Source: a virus (Duplodnaviria > Heunggongvirae > Uroviricota > Caudoviricetes). Taken from it: a stretch of 12,065 nt of DNA. The notes under the pieces are model-generated. The model worked only from the letters and a program-made list of their open reading frames with translations. It made no database searches and was not told where the DNA came from. The stretch lies in the IMG/VR virus record IMGVR_UViG_2579778856_000001, one strand, 5' to 3'. The position numbers and the translations under genes are program-made. Positions 6,356 to 12,065 of this stretch are shown here, piece after piece (within the stretch, counting starts at the first letter, position 1; each line of letters begins with the position of its first letter).

Positions 6356-7050
6356 TGTGAGTTCAACGGGTCGATGCAACGCTGTCCCTAATCAAGGGGG
6401 ACGTTGCCATGAAACGAAGAACTCGTATTAACTACACGCCAGAGCAAAAGGTGATTATTTGGGACAGATATAAGCAAGGTGATTCCCTGCATGATATCCC
6501 CCAGAATGTTCGACAGATTTCACTCTACTATCATGCCTACAATCCACCAGGCCGGTGGCTACCGTCCTCCCGTGCGAAAGCGGCACCGGTTAGCGTTTTC
6601 GCTTGATGAAAAAGAGGAGATATCCAGAGGACTGGTAGCAAAACGCATCATCAGGGACATCGCTGCTAAATTATCAATAGCTCCCTCAACGATTAGCCGC
6701 GAGATCAGGAGGCACGGCGGTGCAAAACAATACCGTGCAGCAAAAGCCGATCCTGCTGCGTGGGAAAATGCTCTGAGACCAAAACCTTGCAAGCTAATTG
6801 AAAGCCCCACATTGTGTAAAATCATTGCAGAGAAGATGCATCAGGACTGGTCGCCGGAACAAATTGGCGGTTGGCTAAAACGCTGTTATCCCGATAATCA
6901 GGAAATGCATGTGTCACATGAAATGATTTATAAAACGCTTTTTATACCAACCCGGGGAGCTTTAAAAAAAGAGCTGCAGCAATGCCTCAGAAGCGGAAGA
7001 GTAGTGCGTAGATCCAAAACCTCATCACTTAAAGTAAACAGAGATACATT
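6356..7050 (+). mobile_element. IS30-family insertion sequence remnant (left IR plus the 5' two-thirds of the transposase gene; 3' end deleted)
   Basis: 6356-6380 TGTGAGTTCAACGGGTCGATGCAAC resembles the IS30 left terminal IR (TGTAGATTCAATTGGTCAACGCAAC, from memory). The transposase start lies about 53 bp inside, as in IS30. Homology to the IS30 transposase stops near aa ...KVNRDT (about 7048), well before the DDE domain. Confidence 0.7.
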
Positions 7051-7090
7051 CTGGTCACGAATGCCCGGTTGTTCGTGCTTTGCGTTTTAA
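6409..7090 (+). pseudogene. IS30-family transposase, frameshifted (in the C5 run near 6500-6505) and C-terminally truncated
   Basis: Frame 1 (6409..) MKRRTRINYTPEQKVIIWDRYKQGDSLHDI matches the IS30 N-terminus pattern MRRTFTAEEKASVFELWKNGTGFSEI. Frame 2 (from about 6489) ...RMFDRFHSTIMPTIHQAGGYRPPVRKRHRLAFSLDEKEEISRGL...WSPEQIGGWLKR...YKTLF... matches the IS30 HTH region (...ERKRAVAHLTLSEREEIRAGL...WSPEQISGWLRR...YKTLY). The switch between frames occurs at atcCCCCCag. The last about 13 codons (FWSRMPGCSCFAF) are non-homologous read-through. Confidence 0.75.
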
Positions 7091-7227
7091 TCGCATTTTA
7101 CAGTTTCTGCCTGCGTGCAGAGGTTGATGGTATTTTCTGAAAAAGCGGCTCGCTTTGCTAATGCATATGGCACAAATACAACAGTTTGTGTCATTCTGAC
7201 CCATCTTTATACCGCGACGGTGGAAAC

Positions 7228-9798
7228 ATGGATGAGCTGCTAACCCTTGGCTGCATTGCTTTATTCTTCGCACTGGTGGTGGTTCCCATCCTCGCGATTA
7301 TCGCGCTCAGCCGCAGCACGGCTGTTCGTTCTGAGCTGGCGACCCTGCGTCGCCGGGTGGAGGTGCTTGAGCAGCGCGGTGTGACTGAAGCACCCGCCAC
7401 AGTGGTAACAACTGTGCCGCAGAGTGTTTCGCAGATGGTTGTGCCTGTTGAAACGTCTTCGCCTGCGGTTAACATCGTGCTGTCGGAGCCTGTGGCTGAT
7501 GTCACGCCTGAGTCCGTTGACCCCTGGCGTCCACAACCGAAGCCGCAAAACGAGGCGCTACCCACACCAGCGGTCGAACAATCTTCCGCTTTTGGTGGGG
7601 TGATGTCGTCCCTGGTGCGCTGGTTTATGCAGGGCAACCCGCTGGCAAAGCTGGGTATTCTGCTTCTCTTCCTTGGCTTCTCCTTCCTGCTGCGTTATAC
7701 GGTTGAACACTCCCTGTTCCCGCTTGAGCTACGTCTGGTGGCGACTTCGCTGTTTGCGATTGCCCTGCTGGTAGTGGGCTGGCGATTGCGGCATAAACAG
7801 CTGGTTTATGCGCTGATCATACAGGGTGGAGCTACGGGGACGCTCTATCTCACCGTTTTTGGCGCATTCTGGCTCTGGCAGATGCTGCCGATGACGCTGG
7901 CGTTTGCATTACTGGTGGCGATTTGCGCGGCGAGCGTGGGACTGGCGATTATGCAAAAAGCGCTCAGCCTCGCGATGCTGGCAAGTATCGGTGGCTATCT
8001 GGCACCGCTGTTGCTTTCCACCGGCGGCGGTAGTCATGTGGCGCTCTTCTCTTTCTACCTTCTGCTTTCCGTCGGTATTCTCGCCATCAGCATCTGGCAA
8101 CACTGGCGCGAGCTTAATCTGCTTGGCCTGTTATTTACCTTTGGTATCGGCGGTCTTTGGGGACTCGACGGCTATCGATCAGAGTATTACCTGAGCAGTC
8201 AGCTTTTCCTGATAGCCAATACGATCATTTTTGGTGTGCTGAGCGTGGCGCTATCGCTACGAGCACAGGAGAAAGGTAAGCAGATTATTGATGGCGTGCT
8301 GTTGTTTGCATCGCCGCTGGTCGGTTTTGGCATGCAGTACGCCATAACCCGGCATATGGAATATGGTCCGGCGCTTAGCGCGCTGGGTTACGGCGGTTTC
8401 TATCTGGCGTTAGCATGGCTTGCATTGCGTCGCTATCCCTCTTTGGGGAGGCCGCTGGTGCTGGCGGCGCTGGCGCTGGGTGGGGCATTTACCACGCTCG
8501 CTATCCCACTGGCGCTTTCGGCCCGCTGGACGGCGATGGCCTGGGCGCTGGAAGGTCTCGGCATCCTCTGGCTGGGCGTGCAACAGCAGCAGCGGCGTAT
8601 GAGCTATAGCGGCACTGCGCTGCTGGTGCTGGCAGTGTGCAGCGCGCTGTGGGCGCAGATGAACGGGATGAGCGCGCTTTCTCTGGTGCTAATCTTTGCC
8701 GTACTCAGCCTCAGCTGGCTGGCTGCCGCCTGGCTGTGGCGCAATATTCAGTTGCAGGGTAGTTGGGTTCTGTTGGCTGGCGGTTTGATCTTCTGGATAA
8801 TCGCGCTCATTGGGGCATCGCAACTGGTGCTGAAAAAGGACTCGCTGGTGCTGTCTGGCGTGCTGGCGTTAATGGCGATATCGGTCTGGGGCTGGCGGAT
8901 TGTCTCTGGTCGTCTGGCCTGGTGGGAGCTGGATGTCAGCAAATGGTTGCTGTGGCCGACGATGCTGGTGATGCTGCTGTCTCAAATTTCACAACATGAG
9001 ATTTTTGCTGCGGGCTGGCAGAATCTGGCCTGGTGTCTGGCGTTACCCGCTGCGGGGGCATTGCTCTGGCGTGATGCTGAGACGTTGCCGCCGCGCCTCT
9101 CCAGACTGGCGCACCTTTCACTCTTCTGGATGATTCTGCTCGCGCTGGCGGCGGAGCTATTCTGGTTTGCGCAAGATCTGCCATGGGGCATGGCGGCGTG
9201 GGGCTCCGGCCTGATGATGGCCGCGGGGGGCCTGCTCATCTTTCTCGTTCATGAGGCGGTTCATCGTCAGCTATGGCCATTCCGAAGCTGGCCCGCACTC
9301 TACGCTTCTCAGGCGATGATACCGGTAGCTGCGGTATTGGTTGTTCTGCTAGTACTGACGAATTTGCAGGATGGCGTAGTTTATCGCCAGACCTGGCTGC
9401 CGCTGGTGAATCCACTGGAGGAGGGGGCCGCTTTTGCGCTACTGGGACTCATTGTATTTTATCGCGTTTCGCAGCGCTTTTTCCCGGTGCAGATTTCGGT
9501 ATGCCGTCCCTGGCCGCTCATTGCACTGCTGGCGCTTAGCTTCTGGTGGCTGAATGGCATCCTGCTGCGCGCATTGGCCTGGTACGGCGAAGTGCCCTGG
9601 AGCGCGGAAACACTGTGGCATTCGCGGCTGATTCAGACCTGTTTTGCCCTGTTCTGGATGCTGGCGGCATTAGTGGTGATGCTACGTGCGACCCGGCGTT
9701 GCTCACGTCGCGAATGGCTTTGTGGATCCGTATTGTTAGGGATTGTTATTGTGAAACTGATGTTGGTAGACAGTGCGCGTGGCGGCGGCCTGGCATGA
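7228..9798 (+). CDS. Large polytopic inner-membrane protein (856 aa). Architecture: N-terminal TM + coiled-coil + Pro-rich linker + more than 20 TM helices, as in DUF2339-family proteins. Probably chromosomal backbone
   Basis: ATG 7228 is preceded by GGTGGAAAC. The track's 7186 start lacks an RBS. Uninterrupted 870-codon frame. Very hydrophobic, L/A/W-rich repeats of predicted TM segments. Visibly higher GC than the flanking island genes. Family call is from recalled architecture only. Confidence 0.75.
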   Translation: MDELLTLGCIALFFALVVVPILAIIALSRSTAVRSELATLRRRVEVLEQRGVTEAPATVVTTVPQSVSQMVVPVETSSPAVNIVLSEPVADVTPESVDPWRPQPKPQNEALPTPAVEQSSAFGGVMSSLVRWFMQGNPLAKLGILLLFLGFSFLLRYTVEHSLFPLELRLVATSLFAIALLVVGWRLRHKQLVYALIIQGGATGTLYLTVFGAFWLWQMLPMTLAFALLVAICAASVGLAIMQKALSLAMLASIGGYLAPLLLSTGGGSHVALFSFYLLLSVGILAISIWQHWRELNLLGLLFTFGIGGLWGLDGYRSEYYLSSQLFLIANTIIFGVLSVALSLRAQEKGKQIIDGVLLFASPLVGFGMQYAITRHMEYGPALSALGYGGFYLALAWLALRRYPSLGRPLVLAALALGGAFTTLAIPLALSARWTAMAWALEGLGILWLGVQQQQRRMSYSGTALLVLAVCSALWAQMNGMSALSLVLIFAVLSLSWLAAAWLWRNIQLQGSWVLLAGGLIFWIIALIGASQLVLKKDSLVLSGVLALMAISVWGWRIVSGRLAWWELDVSKWLLWPTMLVMLLSQISQHEIFAAGWQNLAWCLALPAAGALLWRDAETLPPRLSRLAHLSLFWMILLALAAELFWFAQDLPWGMAAWGSGLMMAAGGLLIFLVHEAVHRQLWPFRSWPALYASQAMIPVAAVLVVLLVLTNLQDGVVYRQTWLPLVNPLEEGAAFALLGLIVFYRVSQRFFPVQISVCRPWPLIALLALSFWWLNGILLRALAWYGEVPWSAETLWHSRLIQTCFALFWMLAALVVMLRATRRCSRREWLCGSVLLGIVIVKLMLVDSARGGGLA

Positions 9799-9918
9799 TC
9801 AGACATGAGATAAATGAAGGGGGATCCGTGAGATAAATAACGAATTGGAGTGGGTTAACATGGGTTCTGGTGAACAGAACTGAAATTCTTTTCCGCTATA
9901 CGATAGATAAGTCGGGCA

Positions 9919-9948
9919 TTGAAATCATCCTTCCTGGCAACTTAGAAT
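9919..9948 (+). promoter_or_regulatory. Sigma70-like promoter TTGAAA-17 bp-TAGAAT upstream of the 53-aa ORF
   Basis: Read directly: TTGAAA (9919-9924), 17-nt spacer, TAGAAT (9943-9948). Predicted TSS about 9955, leaving a roughly 37-nt leader to ATG 9992. Confidence 0.4.
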
Positions 9949-9991
9949 CGAGTTTGCTGAAACATGACCCGCAACAAAAAGGATGATTCCA

Positions 9992-10153
9992 ATGACTACT
10001 CAAAACAATAAGCATGATAGCCTGGATTACTCAGAAAAGCCCAAAAGCAAGCACATCGTGACGTTCGAGCGCGATTCCGGTAGAAAAGGAGAATCGTCTT
10101 CCTCTGCCAATAAAACCACTATGCCGGCAGCCCCTGCCCCAGGGAAAAAATAA
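9992..10153 (+). CDS. Small hydrophilic protein (53 aa; MTTQNNKHDSLDYSEKPKSKHIVTFERDSGRKGESSSSANKTTMPAAPAPGKK); not in the supplied ORF track (below its length cut-off)
   Basis: ATG 9992 has AAGGA 8 nt upstream and the promoter above. K/S-rich, no TM, predicted disordered. Stop TAA 10151-10153 lies 3 nt from the stop of the convergent membrane gene. Confidence 0.4.
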   Translation: MTTQNNKHDSLDYSEKPKSKHIVTFERDSGRKGESSSSANKTTMPAAPAPGKK

Positions 10154-10156
10154 ACA

Positions 10157-10789
10157 TCATTCATCGTTCGTTGCACGAACGCGCCTGATCTCCACTCTGG
10201 CAATCTGATCTGCTGGAATATAGGTTGCCAGAGCTCCCCAGTACTTATCAACCACGCCTTTATACTCTTCCCATTCGTTACTGCCTGAAGGGCTGCTGTG
10301 CGTGACGTAAAGAACCATATCGCCTTTATTCCCCAGGGTAAACGGACCGTTAGGCCACTCTTCAAAGTTCCCTGGCAGCCGTGACATCATACCGGAACCA
10401 TCGCGAAGAATCACTCTGACCTCGGTAACGCTGAAGCCTGTTTGATCAAACATTGCCTGCCATGCTGAGCTGGTATCGTCAGACCATGAAATATCATTAT
10501 TCCACAGTAATCTGTACATCCATTTGCGACCGTACCTGCGCCACCACGCACCGCATGTAAGGGCACACAGAAGTGCTGGTGGTGTTGCCAGCCAGGCATT
10601 CAGACCTGCCCACATAACAGCCTGGTAAGCCATCATTGCTGTCAGGCCAAAAATCAGCGAAGAAAAAGTCACCTCAATGGGCTTGTGGTGATCCTTCAGT
10701 CCCACATTCGCAATAAAATACCCAATATAGCCACTGGTCAGGGTCACCAGTGTTGCCCATGGCAGATTTAACAACGAAACGTCAAACAT
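10157..10789 (-). CDS. Hypothetical membrane protein (210 aa): three N-terminal TM helices plus about 120-aa soluble C-terminal domain
   Basis: Start ATG 10789 (MFDVSLLNLPWATLVTL...) is preceded by GGGAGAAAAT. The track's longer start (10867) would run through the mor terminator hairpin and is rejected. TM segments approximately at aa 8-30, 38-62 and 68-83. The C-terminal domain ...GNKGDMVLYVTHSSPSGSNEWEEYKGVVDKYWGALATYIPADQIARVEIRRV is of unknown family. Confidence 0.65.
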   Translation of the reverse strand: MFDVSLLNLPWATLVTLTSGYIGYFIANVGLKDHHKPIEVTFSSLIFGLTAMMAYQAVMWAGLNAWLATPPALLCALTCGAWWRRYGRKWMYRLLWNNDISWSDDTSSAWQAMFDQTGFSVTEVRVILRDGSGMMSRLPGNFEEWPNGPFTLGNKGDMVLYVTHSSPSGSNEWEEYKGVVDKYWGALATYIPADQIARVEIRRVRATNDE

Positions 10790-10824
10790 ATTTTCTCCCT
10801 GCATCCTGAATACTAAAGAGAGAG

Positions 10825-10866
10825 CATAAAAAAAGCACGGTAAGGGGTCTACCGTGCTTTTATACA
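10825..10866 (-). terminator. Rho-independent terminator of the gemA-mor transcript (hairpin AAAGCACGGTA-AGGGGTC-TACCGTGCTTT; T7 run on the minus strand); partly bidirectional
   Basis: 11-bp perfect stem 10832-10842 / 10850-10860, 7-nt loop. The minus strand continues TTTTTTTAT (complement of 10825-10831). The plus strand continues TTTTATAC. It lies 38 bp downstream of the mor stop. Confidence 0.65.
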
Positions 10867-10903
10867 ATAAGGAGATTTTTGAAAGGACTTTAACAAGCAG
10901 GAA

Positions 10904-11302
10904 TTATCTGGATTTGTTAACGTCTTTCGTCTCCTCTGGCAGATCTTCATCAAACAACCTGCCCTGCATCCGATCCAGTTCTTCTTTTCTGACCCGCTTA
11001 ACCACGCTGTAGACCCACTGAAGCGAAACACCAAACTTGCGGGCCAGTTCGTGGTGGTTGCGTCCGTTAAACTCCCTGAAGATTTCCCGGTCGCGCTGAC
11101 TGACCTTCCATACCATGCCCATCGGGAAATAAACGTTTTGCCCGCCCCAGACCTGCATCATTCGGTTCGCGACGGCCTGACCAATCTGGTCGGCAACTTC
11201 GGGCTCAATATCAATAATCTCGCGAACGGTCTCAGAGGTATGCTGTGCCAGTTCCACCAGGAGTTCCGGCCCCTTACTTCGAAACTGATTCAGGTCGCTC
11301 AT
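10904..11302 (-). CDS. mor: Mor-family transcriptional activator (phage Mu middle-operon regulator / C family), 132 aa
   Basis: MSDLNQFRSKGPELLVELAQHT...VYFPMGMVWKVSQRDREIFREFNGRNHHELARKFGVSLQWVYSVVKRVRKEE. The RDxxIxxxFNGxNxxELAxK(F/Y)G(V/L)Sxxx(V/I)Y C-terminal HTH is characteristic of the Mor/C family. RBS GGAGTCAAAC-ATG. Overlaps the gemA-like 3' end by 29 bp. Confidence 0.75.
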   Translation of the reverse strand: MSDLNQFRSKGPELLVELAQHTSETVREIIDIEPEVADQIGQAVANRMMQVWGGQNVYFPMGMVWKVSQRDREIFREFNGRNHHELARKFGVSLQWVYSVVKRVRKEELDRMQGRLFDEDLPEETKDVNKSR

Positions 11303-11726
11303 GTTTGACTCCCGCAGCTCTGCGCTGCCACTTCTTCAGTTTCTCAATAACACTGCTTGCCTGTTCAGTACTGAGCCAGCGCAGGGCGCTGATGCCCGTT
11401 TCCCGCTTGATCCACCGCGCTAATGCATTTTCTGAACGGTCACGAACAATGCCGGCAGCAGCCATTTCAAGCCATAGCGCACGGATTTTCCTGGACTGCG
11501 GATGGTTATCCAGCGGTAAACCGGAGCTGGCTTTTCCGGCAGGCTTAACGCGAAAGCCTTTCCTTTTCATGGATTCCAGCACGCAGTTTAGTTGTGTGGT
11601 ATCCATTCCTTTGGTTGAGGCTTTACCGGTCAGCCCCTGTAACATCTGGCGGTAGGTGTCTTCATCCATACCCAGTTCATTACGGGCAATATGAATGAGC
11701 TGGATAAGACGTTGTTTAGTCATCAT
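11274..11726 (-). CDS. gemA: Mu gp16/GemA-like protein (DUF1018 family), 150 aa
   Basis: From the ATGATG at 11726, with AGGAG 5 nt upstream: MMTKQRLIQLIHIARNELGMDEDTYRQMLQGLTGKASTKGMDTTQLNCVLESMKRKGF... The N-terminal motif is typical of Mu-like gp16/GemA proteins, as is the location immediately upstream of and overlapping mor. The track's earlier start (11765) is in frame but lacks an RBS. Confidence 0.7.
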   Translation of the reverse strand: MMTKQRLIQLIHIARNELGMDEDTYRQMLQGLTGKASTKGMDTTQLNCVLESMKRKGFRVKPAGKASSGLPLDNHPQSRKIRALWLEMAAAGIVRDRSENALARWIKRETGISALRWLSTEQASSVIEKLKKWQRRAAGVKHERPESVSK

Positions 11727-12065
11727 CGTTGCTCCTTTTACCTGCGCCACCGATATAATCGACATATAAAGGAAGCGCCACAGGCCAGCACAGGAACATC
11801 ACCGACCAGCTAATCCAGTAGCCAGCACCACTGTAACGTGAATAAAACCCTGAACGGCGGTGCAGTTCAGCAGTACACCAACCGACAAAACAATACCAGA
11901 ACAGGGCACATACAACAGATTCAGCCGTCATTCTGAATATCCCCCCAACTGATATGAATATTACGGGCAGCAATGACAGGGTCGTTATTCCACCATGCAC
12001 CTGACATGTATTTTTCAACCTGTTCGCGTCCGGCAATAACACCAATTGTGATCCCCGGCCTGACG
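11716..12065 (-). CDS. Hypothetical small membrane protein, partial (frame open to the window end); its 3' end overlaps the gemA-like start
   Basis: Minus-strand frame is open from the window edge (12065) to TAA at 11716-11718. Predicted product has two hydrophobic segments (LSLLPVIFISVGGIF, VVCALFWYCFVGWCTA) and an acidic tail. The internal TTG/GTG start at 12045/12042 is uncertain. Confidence 0.4.
   Translation of the reverse strand, partial: SGRGSQLVLLPDANRLKNTCQVHGGITTLSLLPVIFISVGGIFRMTAESVVCALFWYCFVGWCTAELHRRSGFYSRYSGAGYWISWSVMFLCWPVALPLYVDYIGGAGKRSNDDD

Noticed and set aside
7191-9621. Multiple 60-150-aa ORFs on both strands inside the DUF2339-like gene (7191..7637-, 7261..7548-, 7904..8194+, 8415..8609+, 8936..9184-, 8982..9239-, 9273..9539+, 9439..9621-)
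   Set aside because: Typical spurious open frames of a GC-rich gene (Arg/Ala/Gly-rich products). All are nested within the much longer, coherent 856-aa membrane-protein frame.
10027-10365. 112-aa minus-strand ORF overlapping the small ORF and membrane-gene 3' end
   Set aside because: Out of frame with the better-supported 210-aa membrane protein. No RBS. Overlaps the promoter-equipped 53-aa ORF.
10790-10867. N-terminal extension of the membrane protein to the ORF-track start (236-aa version)
   Set aside because: The extension would be translated through the mor terminator hairpin and lacks an RBS. ATG 10789 has a strong GGGAGAAAAT SD.
1-12065. CRISPR arrays, rRNA, canonical DnaA boxes
   Set aside because: No regularly spaced identical repeats and no rRNA-like stretches. 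The only TTATCCA-like site (about 4850) is a single 7-of-9 match inside coding sequence.

Overview
This looks like enterobacterial accessory DNA assembled from several mobile-element pieces. From left to right: (1) the 5' end of an IS3-family insertion sequence (the N-terminal part of the orfA transposase, on the minus strand) that has cut off an upstream gene. (2) A RadC-like JAMM/DUF2466 gene typical of CP4-type cryptic prophages. (3) A compact integrative module: a small tyrosine recombinase, a convergent 204-aa unknown gene, and a divergent AlpA-family regulator tightly coupled to two unknown genes (155 and 284 aa). These are followed by an iteron-like repeat cluster, a 390-bp GC-rich non-coding stretch and a 465-aa unknown protein. 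The gene order int(+) / unknown(-) / alpA(+) / large unknown(+) mirrors the left end of CP4-57 (intA-yfjH-alpA-yfjI). (4) A frameshifted and 3'-truncated IS30-family transposase remnant marks the right edge of that module. (5) A GC-rich 856-aa polytopic membrane protein with DUF2339-like architecture, probably chromosomal backbone. (6) A promoter-equipped 53-aa hydrophilic ORF convergent on a 210-aa gene with three N-terminal TM helices. (7) A Mu-like regulatory fragment (overlapping GemA-like and Mor-family genes plus a partial upstream membrane ORF) on the minus strand, ending in a strong hairpin terminator. No rRNA, tRNA or CRISPR was seen. The most intriguing candidate is the alpA-linked module. 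Its 465-aa protein carries motif-A/B/C-like signatures of right-hand (PolA/T7-type) polymerases at PolA-like spacing, and it sits next to iterons that share a 12-mer with an upstream hairpin.
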